This document shows, piece by piece, positions 1 to 14,386 of a stretch of 64,000 nucleotides of DNA. The stretch is from NCBI GenBank assembly GCA_964016885.1, contig OZ024754.1, positions 17,050,001 to 17,114,000 on the forward strand, written 5' to 3'. The notes under the pieces were generated by a model. That model had not been told where the DNA came from, made no database searches, and saw nothing but the letters and a program-made list of their open reading frames with translations. The translations under genes and the position numbers were made by a program. The stretch comes from Eledone cirrhosa. Its lineage: Eukaryota. The stretch's first letter is position 1. The number at the start of each line of letters is the position of its first letter.

Positions 1-845
1 CGTTCACTGGCAAAGAACGGGAAAAAACGAATAATACGTCATTAATAGGAGCGGTGAAAAACAATTACGCGCAAAGACAGAACCACGTTTATGGTATAAT
101 AGAGGTCGTAGACTAATGTTCTCTTAGGTGGGGCATAGAGACGTTCTCTGGCGATGAACGAAAAAAACGAAGATAATACGTCATATGTGGAGCGTGGAGA
201 ACAATAGCACGCAAAGACAAAACCACGTAAATGGTATAGCAGAAGTCGTAGACTAAATTCTAACTAGGAGACCGAATGAATCTCCGCTACAGAGTTAAGA
301 ACAAAGTAAATAAATACAATACAGAAGTAATAGAAATAAATAAATACATACACGCAAACAGAAACGTACATACACAAGCATACGCAAAAACTTACCATAG
401 GTAAACAAAACCACGCACATATAAATATGTGTGTGTGTAAGCATGTATACAAATAAATAAATAATTATATAAACGTATATAAATAAATAAATACGTATAT
501 AACAAGCGCACACACATACCTAAATGTAAATACACGAATGTTCAGAGACGTAAGTCAACCAAAACATGAGGTACACATATACACATATACACACGCCCTA
601 CATACGTACGAACCTGCATACTCACACAGACGCAAAACTCCCGTATACACATAGCTGAACCATATGTACCAGAATATATAAAAAAATTATACGCCATAAC
701 AATCAAATATTCGTCCGAGAAGGTATACATACCTTCACAAAACATACGGATAATATATACTTACCTATGCAAATAAGTAAAGGTATAAATAAAACATATA
801 CTTAGCTTCCACATCGAGACGTAAAATATCCACGTATAGATCGTA
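1..845 (-). mobile_element. Putative 3' non-coding region of the Penelope-like element, with two tandem ~120-nt conserved units (1-117, 140-256)
   Basis: Directly downstream of the PLE stop codon. The two units align with each other and with 23434-23553 on the opposite strand. Confidence 0.6.
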
Positions 846-1852
846 CTATCCGTTAGGGTATAACATGGGGCTGTAATACAGGAAAGTTTTGTGCAATTTA
901 TGTTTACAAGCCGAAATTGCCTCAGATTTTTTGTTTAAGATGTGGTCTGTGGCGTAGAGTATTTCCAGGGCCTCAGCGGCGCAGAGGTCACATGGTCTTT
1001 TATTTCCATTATACGATCTAGCCCTCGCTAGAATCTCCCAGTGTAACTTATATTGGGTGTGGTTGTCTGTTAGACTCCAGATATAAGCTGAAAGTGACGT
1101 CATATTCCTTCTTAGAGGGTAACGAAAAGAATGGGTATGCATGTAAAGACGCTGCTTGAATCTATTGGCGGTTAACCCTATGTAGGCCCTACGGGACGTG
1201 GGTGTTACAACCTTACATTTGTAGACAATGTTACTAGAGAGGCATTTCCCGGATAGAGGGCTATCAACCCGATTCCTACAATTACAGTTAGTACTACCTA
1301 CAGGGTTGCACGTGTTCCTATGGCTAGGTAGTTTAGCTAAATTTGAAGCTGTGATGTTATGTGCAAGGTTAGGAGTCGTAGAGTAAGAAATTTTAATAGT
1401 ATTTCTATTAAAAATTTTACTATATTTATGTGTAGGGGGAAAATGCTTCGTAATAAGGGAAAGAAAGATCTTAGCTAATGATGTGGCCACCTCCATATTA
1501 TATGGTGGGTTATACCAACAAATGCGACGGGATCTATTTCTTCTAGTTCTATTTTCGTACTCTGTATATGCTACCTTATCGACAAATCCACTTCGAGCAA
1601 GAGCTTCATTGTAATAAGTGGAATGGTCGTTGAAAATGCGCTCGTTGGTGGAAAGACGGGAAAGCCTCAACGAAACGTTTCTTACCAGGTTCTTGGTTAT
1701 GCTGGCAGGATGGTTGGAATGCTTACTTATGTAATTAAGCGTATCATTCGGCTTTCTATACGGGTAATACAACCCATTCAATAAGTTGAGGGTAACATCG
1801 AGGTAATTAACGACCGAGAGATTGGCCTCAACCTGTATAGAGAGGTTGAAGC

Positions 1853-1856
<4 letters not shown>
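846..1856 (-). mobile_element. 5'-truncated Penelope-like retroelement ORF (RT C-terminus + GIY-YIG endonuclease), Naiad-like architecture
   Basis: The frame stays open from 1856 ([35 protein letters not shown]). It has a CNC..(C>S)PL.GKC linker, the GIY-YIG motif IVYKC...YIGLT..FKQR..H and a C-terminal CDLC..E...CKH. It abuts a (TA)n tract. Confidence 0.88.
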
Positions 1857-1904
<48 letters not shown>

Positions 1905-1989
1905 TTATATATATATATATATATATATATAAGTACATATATATATATATATAAGTATATATATATATAAGTATATATATATATATAAG

Positions 1990-2021
<32 letters not shown>

Positions 2022-2055
2022 TATATGTATATATATAAGTATATATATATATAAG

Positions 2056-2089
<34 letters not shown>

Positions 2090-2106
2090 TATATGTATAT
2101 ATATAT

Positions 2107-2143
<37 letters not shown>

Positions 2144-2241
2144 AATATATATATATACATATATATAAGTATATATATATACATATATATAAGTATATAT
2201 ATATACATATATATAAGTATATATATATACATATATATAAG

Positions 2242-2280
<39 letters not shown>

Positions 2281-2355
2281 TTATATATAAGTATATATAT
2301 ATAAGTATATATATATATGTGTGTATATATATATATGTATATATATATATATACT

Positions 2356-2391
<36 letters not shown>

Positions 2392-2639
2392 CTTATATAT
2401 ATATATATATATATAAATGACATAGGCATTACAATACAATGGGAGGAAACATAATAGTACCACTGACGATAGAACTTTGATAGACTTTATATATATATTT
2501 ATATCTATGTTTAACCGTTGATAAACATTGATTGCCAGATAAATTAACTATGGAGATATAAAAGATACAGAAGCGAAAACCAACCCGAACCAAACAGTGA
2601 ATGTGTTCTGTAATATTTCTGGCAATATTATAACAATAT

Positions 2640-2880
2640 GACCCTCCCCAAGTATAACTATATGTAGGATCGATCGACTTTCGGCAAATCGGACTGAGGA
2701 AAAAACGTTTGCATTGGTCTTCCCAATTGCTAATGCTTTCTATCAGTTGCAAATCTTGGTAGAAGGAACAACGTGAAATAAAGTGTCTTGCCCAAGGACA
2801 TAACGCATAGCCTGGTCTGGGATTCAATCTCACAATCTCACGATTGAGAGTCCAATTCTCTAAACACTCAGCCACGGGCC
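2640..2880 (-). mobile_element. tRNA-derived SINE (variant family); related copy at ~32836-33040 (+)
   Basis: The minus strand begins GGCCCGTGGCTGAGTG (A-box-like), then a B-box-like GAGATTGAATCC and a CORE-like TCCTTGGGCAAGACACTT segment. Confidence 0.7.
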
Positions 2881-2918
2881 TTTACTATATATATATACAT
2901 ATATACATATATATATAC

Positions 2919-2964
<46 letters not shown>

Positions 2965-2989
2965 CTATATATATATATACATATATATG

Positions 2990-3133
<144 letters not shown>

Positions 3134-3159
3134 TATATATATATATATATATATACATA

Positions 3160-3206
<47 letters not shown>

Positions 3207-3216
3207 ATATACATAC

Positions 3217-3269
<53 letters not shown>

Positions 3270-3296
3270 TATATACATACATATATATATATATAC

Positions 3297-3845
<549 letters not shown>

Positions 3846-3946
3846 ATATATATATATATATATATTTATATATATGTATATATATATGTATACATATATA
3901 TATTTATATATATATATTTATATATATATATATGTATATATATATG

Positions 3947-4011
<65 letters not shown>

Positions 4012-4022
4012 ATGTATATATG

Positions 4023-4084
<62 letters not shown>

Positions 4085-4643
4085 CGTCTATTTCGTTCTT
4101 ACTGCTTCCTCTTTCTCTGTATCTTTACCCTGTCTAACAGTCACTCTCTCTCTGTTAGCCTCTTCCTCACCCTTCACTCATTCTCTGTTACTACCTCTCC
4201 TCCTCCTCCTTCTTCCCGTTTGACCTGTGTGTGATTCTTTTCTTTCGCACTCTTGGTCTAGCAGGTTCGCTTTTTTTTCTCTCTCTCGTCTACGATTTCA
4301 CAGAACTTACGTTCACCGAATTCACAGACTAGATCCCTTCTTCCTCCCGTTAGACCTGTACGGAATTCCTTCCTTGCTCACATTCCAACCAGGTTTGATG
4401 GTCTTTATTCTCTCGTTCACGATTTCACCAAACTTATATTCATGGAAATTTGGGACTTGACTCGTTCTTCCTCACTTTTCGTTGCTTCACCATCTTTGTT
4501 TGTTTACACTCGTGTCCCCTTTATTTACGTGTCCCAACGACTTTTTTTAGCCGTTGCTCGCACCAACCGGAGGTATATAGTCTTTAAAGCGATGAAATAC
4601 CAATGATGGTTGGAAGATCACTGATGAAGGACTAACTTTATTC

Positions 4644-4680
<37 letters not shown>

Positions 4681-4745
4681 CACATATATATATACATATA
4701 TATATACATATATATATATACATATATACACATATATATATATAC

Positions 4746-4800
<55 letters not shown>

Positions 4801-4958
4801 CATACATATATATATATATACATATATATATATACATATATATATATATACATATATATATATACATGTATATATATATATACATATATATATATACATA
4901 TATATATAGATATATATACATGTATATATATATATATACATGTATATATATATATATG

Positions 4959-4990
<32 letters not shown>

Positions 4991-5038
4991 GATATATATA
5001 CATGTATATATATATATACATGTATATATATATATATG

Positions 5039-5080
<42 letters not shown>

Positions 5081-5116
5081 GATATATATACATGTATATA
5101 TATATATATATACATG

Positions 5117-5334
<218 letters not shown>

Positions 5335-5632
5335 CATTTTTTCCAATACCATGCCGCCCGTGCCCTCAATCTATTTTATTTCTCATTCTTTCTTCTGATG
5401 AAGGAGTAGTGTCCGAAACGATAAGACCCACTTCCTGCTATATCAAGCGTTAACCTAATATATCCCTTCCATAACAACACAATCGGTACAGTTTTTGGAA
5501 GGGATATATTAGGTTAACGCTTGATATAGCAGGAAGAGGGTCTTATCGTTTCGGACACTACTCCTTCATCAGAAGAAAGAATGAGAAATAAAATAGATTG
5601 AGGGCACGGGCGGCATGGTATTGGAAAAAATG
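5335..5632. mobile_element. Short hammerhead-carrying element (family A) as an inverted pair (arms 5335-5471 and 5496-5632)
   Basis: ~137-bp arms with one mismatch seen. Single copies of the family lie at ~11660-11820 (+), ~31020-31190 (-), ~34480-34610 (-) and ~63610-63785 (-). Confidence 0.78.
5391..5426 (+). ncRNA. Minimal hammerhead ribozyme motif (family A); mirror copy at 5541-5576 (-)
   Basis: TCTT-CTGATGA-A-GGA(gtagtg)TCC-GAAAC-GAT-AAGA. Stem I is TCTT/AAGA. The cleavage-site U16.1 is changed to A relative to the 34535 copy. Confidence 0.6.
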
Positions 5633-6080
5633 TCTTTAGATAAAAATAACAGGTCCCTTCATGTTGACATCTCTTGCAAAACTGTTGGTGCTGCCGTTTT
5701 GTGTATTATTTGTTTTTTTAGAAAAGTGGATGATGGAGCGCGTCTACTTGAAATGGAAAAAAAAAACATTTTGTAAAAAGAGCTATACTTGCGCACATGC
5801 ATGAGTGTGTGTGTGTGTGATATATATATATATTGCTTGTCCATGAACACATGTGGGTATTTTAAAACTCATTCTAATATAAGATTATTTCATTTCGTTA
5901 TTTTATAATTATGTTAAAAAAAAAAGAGTATAATAATCAATTTCATCTTCAATTTGAAGACTTGTGAAGAAAATGTTGAGTAAAGGAAACTGTGCTTTTC
6001 TTGAAACACTTCAGCTAAAATATTTGTAGGTCGAAAACCTAATACAAAATCTAATTTTTCTTGTAATGTTTTATTTTAAT

Positions 6081-6309
6081 TTAACCCTTTAGCATTTACA
6101 TTACTCTATATTTACTATTGTACTCTCATGGTAAAGGCTTTATCTCACATAATTATCCCACATAATATCGAATCTATGAGATTTTGATATTATTTATTTT
6201 GAGAACAATACGTTAATGTTGGTATGAGTGGCCAGTTACGACTGGTTTGAACAGAAAGAGGTGAGAGAATTTTGCCTGGATATGGCTGATTTAAATGCTA
6301 AAGCGTTAA
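6081..6309. mobile_element. piggyBac-like MITE; copies at 9455-9649 and 61210-61439 (opposite orientation)
   Basis: TTAA|CCCTTTAGCATTTA ... TAAATGCTAAAG(C/G)G|TTAA terminal inverted repeats with TTAA target duplication. The internal sequence is shared among copies. Confidence 0.75.
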
Positions 6310-7984
6310 GGAATTATAGTTTAGGGGTAGGGCGCTAAAAGAACAAGTTCCTGATAGCTGTCAAACATGGCATGAAATGGATTAAGGTGCATTCCTATCT
6401 TAGAATGCAACTGAGCAACTTGATCAGAAATTTCTTTTGAAATACCATTATACTGCTTCCAAGGACCACTTAGAATCCATTAATTATCTCTTTATATTGC
6501 AAATCAATGTCATATTGGATGTAGAAACATGACTCTCATTCAGTTCACTCATTAGACTTTAATTGTATTAATTAGGAAAGATTTATTAAATGTCTTCCAT
6601 CTGCTATATATTTGCTTTACACATATCTTCTAAATTACTGCTTTTACTGAATTTGAAGGTTCAGAATCATTTTACATGTGCAATAGTTAGTAATAGACAG
6701 TCTTTTTTTGTTGGGGAGGAAGGAGAAATCAGATGTAAAATAATTATCAATTCTTAAAATATCTTAATTATCAGATGATATCCATGATAATCTTCATGGT
6801 CATCTAGTAATTAATATGATACATTATCTGATATCTAGCAACTAACATATATACTCGAATATAAGCTGGGGTCAATATTTTGAAAATTTTCCCCAGTCTT
6901 TAAATTCTATGTAAATAAGGTAAATTTTCACCAACTTTAAATTCTATGTAAATAAGGTTCATTTATATTTGAGTATATACAGAAATATGATGCATTCTCT
7001 TGTATTATGAAAATTGATTCAGAATTATATTATATTTTTTATTTCATAAAACATAAATTATAGCCTTCAATGAAATAAACACAGCCTATCTATCCTTTAA
7101 GACTCATAAGTCTTTTAGCAGTATTAATTTATATGCTTCAAGTAACTCTTTTATCTTTAACCCTTTTGTTACCATATTTCTAATGAAAGACCACTGCCAA
7201 TATGACATTTAAATAATTTTGAAAATATCAAGAATTTTTTCAGGGATTTAGCCTATCTCTTGTTTAAAGATGATTCCCTCTCTTTATTCCACCGCCAGGA
7301 AAAGCAAAGATTTAATATCAATATTCAGTATTATAAGAGTTAAATGAAACAAACATCAATATCACTTTTGAGCTTGCAGGAATTGTGTTGAATGGTCGAC
7401 AATTTGTAGTTGCTTTATATTTTATTCAAGTATCCATTTTGTCACATTATTGTATTTTATATTTTCTTTTATTAGTTCTCTTTGCTTTTTTCATAAACAT
7501 ATGTGCACCTGCTCCTAGGAAAAATATTGAAATTGAGCTTTAGAAGAAAACATGAATTCTTGAAGTTCTTTATATTTAAGGAGTTGGTATAGATTGAAGT
7601 ATTAGAAGATATTAACAGTGAGAGAATTACTGTGTAGTATGTGAAAGAAAAGCAGAGCTTGGATGAGTTGAGGGAGAAGTTGGGTTTAAGTGAAATCAAA
7701 GGAAAATATAATGATAATAATAATTCTTTCTACTTTAGGCCAGCAATTTGAGTAGGCGGAGAATGTTGATTAAATCGACTCCAGTATGTTACTGGTGCTT
7801 TATTTTATCGACCCCGTAAGGATGAAATGCAAAGCTAACCTCAACAGGATTTGAACTCAGAACGTAAAGGGCTGTAACTGTGTCGCGAAGCAGGGTGTCT
7901 GACGCTTTACCAATACTGCCAATCCACCACCCTAATAATAATAATAATAATAATAATAATGATAATAATAATTATAATAATAAA

Positions 7985-8480
7985 ACTGAAAAGAATCAGG
8001 AAATAGAAAGGAGATACAGGATCAAAAGGAAAGAAGTGGACACAGTTATGGAAGAAATCCAACCAAGAATTATTGCAAAGTCTGCCAAAATCTGAAGTTA
8101 TGAGCAACATATAAAGCAATAAATGTTAAACAGAACATTTAACATCAACCAGAAAAAGGTGTGAGAGAATGACAAAGCAACCATACTGTGGGATATGCCA
8201 ATACACACAGACAGAGAGATCAAAGCCAACTGACCGGATATTATAGTCAAAGACATTGTAGCATAGACTTATGGCCCTTTATGATCTGAGTTCAAATCCT
8301 ACTGAGCTTAACTTGCCTTTCATCATTAAGGGGTCGATAAAATAAAGCACCAGTAATGCACTGGGGTAATTGCTGGCCTTGTGTCAAAAGTAGAAACAAT
8401 TATAGTCAAAGACCACAATTAAAAAAAATATGTTTTGTTATGTAACCAAAAGCCCTGGACTCACAACTATATACAGTGTA
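7985..8480 (+). mobile_element. Degenerate R4/Dong-like (restriction-like endonuclease) LINE fragment interrupted by a SINE
   Basis: ~8165-8254 reads ENDKATILWDMPIHTDREIKAN*PDIIVKD, the LWD..I.TD..I..(R)PDI REL motif. The SINE fragment at ~8255-8398 is flanked by the TSD attatagtcaaagac (8240-8254 / 8399-8413). Confidence 0.65.
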
Positions 8481-11400
8481 CCCCTGCTTATTCGCGAAAT
8501 TTTCCTTAGAACCTAACTAATAATTGTTTGTGGAAACCACCGCATATTCGCGGAATTGTAAATATCTTCTGCGATTTTTTTTCCATGGCTTTTTTGTGGC
8601 AATATATATTTTTTCATGCTTTTTGAAACTAAATTATTTATAACAATATACCGTATTTGCCAGCCTATATTTTACATTATATTTTGACATTTATAAGCAT
8701 TTTATGGACCACGTCCAATATTCGCGGTTTTTCACTCTTAATAATAATAACAACAACAATAATAATAATAACAACAACAACAACGATAAGAATAATGATA
8801 GCAACAATAAAAATGAATATCATTGAATGCAAGAGAAGATGGATGACTAGATCTATTGGGCAATATGTCAGCCAACACTGCCAAATAAAACAAGAAAATA
8901 AATCATATAATTACAGAGCATATTAGGTCTTCTAGGATAATGGTAAATTTTACATTTATCTGGGTTATGTTTGACAAAGATGGAAGAAGCAAAGGAGGAT
9001 GATAGCATAATTGGAAATTATGGAGAACATAAAAGAAACTCTGTGACTTCTCATTGATATCTTAATCTATCATGATATCACCTCCAAGGAAAATGGAAGA
9101 ATTATGACAATACAAGGAATTTGGAAATGAAATGAAATGAAGAAAATATTGGAAATTAGAATGTAAGCAACATCAGACGTAATTGGTGTATTGAATGTGG
9201 TATTAAAATGGAATATGAACCGTAGCATTAGCTCACTACAGCGTCCCAGCTAATCTCCCAAATTATTAACCCATAATGCACTGTTGGCAACAATATAGTA
9301 ATCTCCCCTTAATACATAATGCAATGTTAAGGGAAGCAATTCATAAAAAAATTCAGCATGTTAAAGATTAAACATCGCACATATTCTATGTAAAGCCCAA
9401 TTGATATAATGATAAAAATATAATGAGAACCTAGTTATGTGCTTGACTCTTTCATTAACCCTTTAACATTTATATGACGCTATATATACTATTATATTTT
9501 CATGGTATCGAGTCTATGAGATTTTGATATTATTTATTTTGAGAACAACATCTTAACATCAGTATGAGTGGCCTGTTACAGCCAATTTAAACAGAAAGAG
9601 GTGAGATAATTCTGACTAGATATGGCCAGTTTAAATGCTGAACTGTTAACATATTTCTAATAAAGGACACTGCCTATGATTTTCAAAATTATTTGAAAAT
9701 ATTATAAAAATTGATGGGATTTAATAATATTACTAACTTTCTCATAATTTATCTGGTGTTTGACCAAATTATGATGGAAAGGGCTTTAGATAAATATAAA
9801 CACTGTAGAACAAGCAGTTTTATATTGTGAAATCAGGTGTTTCAGATGGTTTGATATCAAAACTTTGTATCGTTTGCAGTGTTGTTTTCCAGTTAAACAC
9901 ACACACACACACATATATATAACCATGTCAGTTTGTAGAATAAATCTGTTGTATTTAGACCTGGAGAGAGACAAGCTTCACTAAATTTAATAAAATGCTC
10001 AAGTCATTACTACAGCGCCCTCTATAACTCCATCAGGAACTGCTTCAATCAAAGTTGTTTCAGGGTTAATCAACAACAGCAAAGGAACATATTGGTGTGT
10101 TTGGTGTTGCAATGAAAAGCTCGCATGAGATATTTGTCAACATAGCAACAATTAATAATAACATAAATAATAATGATTTCTTTATTAATCCCAAAAGGTT
10201 CACATGAAGAAGACATGTAAACATATAATAACTGTTTCTACTTTTGGCACAAAGATAGCAATTTGAAGGGAACGGGGAAAGTCGATTGAATTAACTACAG
10301 TGCATTACTGGTATTTTATTTTGTTGACCCATATGGATGAAAGCAAAGCTAACCTTGGCGTGATTTGAACTCACAATGTTAAGGACCATAACTATGTATC
10401 ACAAAGCATGTTGTCTGATGCTCTACCGATACAGCCAATCCATCGCCCTTGTAAAAATATAATAATAAAAACAAAAAGAGATATAATGTACACCCTGTAA
10501 AGTGATTGGGGATAAGAAGGGCATCCAGTGATAGAGGGACTGCTAAAGAAAGAGTTAGGAGGATCTTTCAGCTATGTAAGAGTCGTATCAACCTCCCTAG
10601 TGCTGGTGTCATGATGCACTCAGTAGTATGCAGGATTTTATGTAAGTGAGATGCAAGCCCCTGGCCTATCTGAGAGGTCAGTAGCCCTGCTTAACTACTG
10701 ACTCTGTCTGCGAAGACCTGTCTGACCCTTGCTGGCAAGAAAAATGGACTTTAAATGACGAGGAAGAAGAATGTAAAATTAATAAAAATTGCTCTCCTGT
10801 GTTGCATACAGCCCATGTTTGAAATTACTGCCAAAGAGGCTCTTTCTCTCTCCGTTTGGCTCATAGCAATAGTTGTCCAGAGAATTATAGCAAGAGGCAG
10901 AGTTAATTTCTTTTTATTGAACTCAGAAGGATGAAATATAAAACAGGCTGTTGTGATGTTCATAATCTGAATTGTGATGAACATAATCTGAATTGATCTC
11001 CAAGAACTTTCCATCATCTCACTAGATATATTACACAACATGAGCAGGTTACAGCTATATTTATATTGCTGCTGGTGCTAACTATAATAGCAGCAACTCC
11101 TATAATTATGCCAATCATGATAAGCTTAGATATATTAGTAGAATTCTTAGTTTGTGCAGAGTTTAATAAAGCGTAAATTGTAATTAATAGAAATAGCTAC
11201 ATGGGTACTGTGATAGTAATATGACATTAACCAATATGGATACTAATATGATGTTGGATATTTATTTATAACTGTATTTATTGATTTTGGTTATAGTTAC
11301 ATCAGTGCTTACATTTCTATATTCCTGAGATCACTGACAAAAAATTTAAATATTGATTTCATACATTGGCACAAGGTCACAGAGTTGTAGAGGAGGGATA

Positions 11401-11698
11401 AACTCAATTGAATCAACAGCTGTATATAACTGCTCTTGTTTTACATTATATATATATAGAGAGAGAGCGGTGGATTGGCAGTATCGGTAGAGGGTCGGAT
11501 GCCATGCTTTGCAGCATAGTTACGCCCCTTTACGATCTGAGTTCAAATCCCGCCGAGGTTAACTTTGCCTTTCATCTTTATGGGGTCGATAAAATAAAGC
11601 ACCAGTAATGCACTGGGATAATTGCCTTGTGCCAAAAATAGAAATAATTATATATATAACCCGCCCGTCCCCCTCAATCTATCTTATTTCTCATTCTT

Positions 11699-11734
11699 TC
11701 TTCTGATAAAGAACTAGCGTCCGAAACGTTAAGA
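11699..11734 (+). ncRNA. Degenerate family-A hammerhead motif
   Basis: CTGATAA (core G8>A)...TCC-GAAACGTT-AAGA; probably inactive. Confidence 0.45.
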
Positions 11735-11819
11735 CCCTCTTCCTGCTATATCAAGCGTTAACCTAATATATCCCTTCCATATACTGTACCGATTGTGTTG
11801 TTATTTCTGTTTACCTTTC

Positions 11820-11852
<33 letters not shown>

Positions 11853-12039
11853 CCGTATATACTCAAATATAAGCCCCCATTTTATGCCTAAGAAAGGGGC
11901 AAAAAATTCAAACACCGTTTATATGCCAAAGCAGCTAATCACACATTATGGCACAGTTTGGAAATTCTCATGAGTGGAGAAAATATTTATGAAGTTTTAA
12001 TATTTTGATATTTAAGATATTTTTAAGTGTCGTTTAGAG

Positions 12040-12215
12040 TAGGCATGTCAAACTGAGGGCTCTGAGGGCCACATGGGTCATGTATTGTCTGAGGGTCACA
12101 CACGACAATTAATTGCGCACATTACAACTATTTTTTAAAATTTTATATTACAAAGATAAAACATGCTTGCTCTGTAAAAACCTTTGTGCGGCCGCAGGTG
12201 TGTTTGACATGCCTG
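12040..12215. mobile_element. hAT-type MITE
   Basis: TIRs (T/C)AGGCATGTCAAAC ... GTTTGACATGCCTG. The 8-bp flanks gtttagag / gttttgag match at 7 of 8 positions. Confidence 0.7.
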
Positions 12216-12306
12216 GTTTTGAGAATAGCTTTTGTTTCACAAATTCACTGCAAAATGGAGATATGTTTTAATATATTAATTCAAGGTATTATTTAAAAAA
12301 AAACTA

Positions 12307-12496
12307 GGGCGGTGGATTGGCAGTATCGGTAGAGGGTCGGACGCCATGCTTTGACGCATAGAGTTACGGCCCTTGCCATTCTGAGTTCAAATCCCGCCGA
12401 GGTTAACTTTGCCTTTCATCCTTACGGGGTCGATAAAATAAAGTACCAGTAATGTACTGGGTAATTTCTGGCCTTGTGCCAATAATAGAAACAATT
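12307..12496 (+). mobile_element. tRNA-derived SINE family 1, full-length copy; other copies at ~7723-7932(-), 10231-10450(-), 11468-11647(+), 19277-19459(+), 23862-24053(-), 25752-25933(-), 26031-26218(-), 43138-43324(-), 46430-46703(+), 55174-55302(-), 61487-61677(-), 61715-61850(+)
   Basis: A box TGGCAGTATCGG, B box GTTCAAATCC, conserved core GTTAACTTTGCCTTTCATCC..GGGGTCGATAAAAT and tail ..AGAAACAATT(ATT). 18-bp TSD attatttaaaaaaaaact at 12288-12305 / 12494-12511. Confidence 0.88.
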
Positions 12497-13079
12497 ATTT
12501 AAAAAAAAACTTTTTCTTTGACTGTTATAGAGATCATTAAAACACTAGGGGGAGATTGAAATGAATAGAGAATATTTGAAAGATATCAACTATGAGAACA
12601 CTGTAGAGTAGAACGCAGAGGAAGAGACAACAAGAGAAAGGAGAGCTAGTTTGAGAAAAAGAGAGAGTGAGAGAAGAGAGAGAGAAAGAGCAAAATAAAA
12701 CAAAACAAGATTTTTATAAAAGTATAATTAACTCATGGAGAAAAACAGTCGGAGCACATGTGTGTATGTGTGTTTATGTGTGTATGTGTGTTTATGTGTG
12801 GACGTGTGGATGTGTAGGGGATATTCATGTATCAAAAAGTTCAAATAATAAAAATTTGTTGGGAATGTTCTCAAGGCAATGTCTAAATAAAACTTACGAC
12901 GATATAGTAAATGCAGAAAAACAGTTTCATTCTGAAATAATCACTCCAGATATTTTAGCATCTTTAGAATTTGAAGCTGGGCAAAATTGTCAAAATATTG
13001 ACCTCGAATCAATTTTTTGTCACATATTCCTCATCTTATATTCAAGTATATACAGTACATGCACACACATTTGCGTACA

Positions 13080-13151
<72 letters not shown>

Positions 13152-13287
13152 GAGGTTATATTTAATTTGTTGGGATTCAACAAGCTTAAACATTTTTATA
13201 ACTGATATAAAGCACTCAACAGTTTAGTGGAGTAAATATACAATATATTAACAAATGGAAACTATATTTATAAAACCATATTTATTT

Positions 13288-13346
13288 TATTATACATATT
13301 TCAAGGGCCACCAAGGCAAATTATGGTGCGCTTTCATCAGATAAAA
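13288..13346 (-). ncRNA. Hammerhead ribozyme-like motif (family B)
   Basis: Minus strand reads CTGATGA-AAG-cgCACCA..TGGTG-gccCTT-GAAA-TATGTA. Confidence 0.55.
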
Positions 13347-13430
13347 TACAATACAGATTAGTTTTATAAATAAATATTGACATACCCTGAAAAAAGACAA
13401 CCTTAACGGTTGGAGCTTCCAGGAAGCTCC

Positions 13431-13565
13431 AAAATCAGACCAGATGGTTTGTTGTTAAAATTAGACCAGATGGTTTGTTGTTAAAATCAGACCAGGTGAT
13501 CTGTTGTTAAAATCAGACCAGATGATCTGTTGTTAAAATCAGACCAGGTGATCTGTTGTTAAATC
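13431..13565. repeat. 26-bp tandem repeat, ~5 copies
   Basis: Unit aaaatcagaccagatggtttgttgtt and close variants. Confidence 0.9.
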
Positions 13566-14150
13566 TGATTATGTATTACTGGATTTCGAGGAATATTATT
13601 TGTAATTCTTTATAAGATTTCTGTAAATAACTACCAGGCTTATCCTGGACTGTTATAGGAACTGTCATAAGAATTGCAGTAGTCATTTTTCATCCATAAA
13701 TATTGATTTGTGGTGGAAACATTCTTAATCTTATTTATAATCAGTTATGTAACTTCATGCAGTTTTTGTGTTTGTATATTAGTCTCATGATAATGTTATC
13801 ACATTTTCTACTCTCTTTGCTTTAATTTAACACTGTTAATTATCTGCCTAAGTATTAATGTAATATACTACTGCAGAGAAGACTTAAAATCAAAACCTTA
13901 TAACTACTTAGCTATCAGCCAGATCCAATTTAATTGCTCTAGACAAGACTATTCTCATTAACTATGTAATTACTTCATACAGTACTGTTATAATTTAGGA
14001 CTACAGCATCTTCAATTAATTTCAAAAACATCTTTCTTTGCTTTTTAAATTACTTTAAAAAAAAACTTTCTAGAACTTTAAATACCATTAATTGTCTACT
14101 CTCTCTCCCCTCTCTCTCTCTCTCTCTCCCCTCTCTCTCTCTCTCTCTTT

Positions 14151-14236
<86 letters not shown>

Positions 14237-14386
14237 CATCATCATCATCGTTTTACGTCCGTTCTTCCACGCTAGCATGGGTTTGACGGAATTAACGGTT
14301 CAAGTTTTACCTGACTATCCAGGTAAAACTTGAACCGTGAAGGTCTCATTCCTGGATATGTCAATATTTATAAAACAAACTTTGTA

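Noticed and set aside
1-845. SECIS element / selenoprotein-type PLE
   Set aside because: No in-frame TGA in the visible ORF and no convincing AUGA..AA..GA kink-turn pattern by eye.
4618-4645. CTGATGAAGGAC hammerhead-like start
   Set aside because: Truncated by the (TA)n tract; no stem II closure or GAAA.
6630-6690. Possible upstream TRPM exon (..TEFEGS.. resembling the G.I.F.G motif)
   Set aside because: No TDA.G motif, no extended open frame, no matching splice sites.
12307-12400. tRNA gene candidates at SINE heads (also 14603-14675 and others)
   Set aside because: A/B boxes are present but there is no complete cloverleaf; each continues into a SINE body and tail, some with TSDs.
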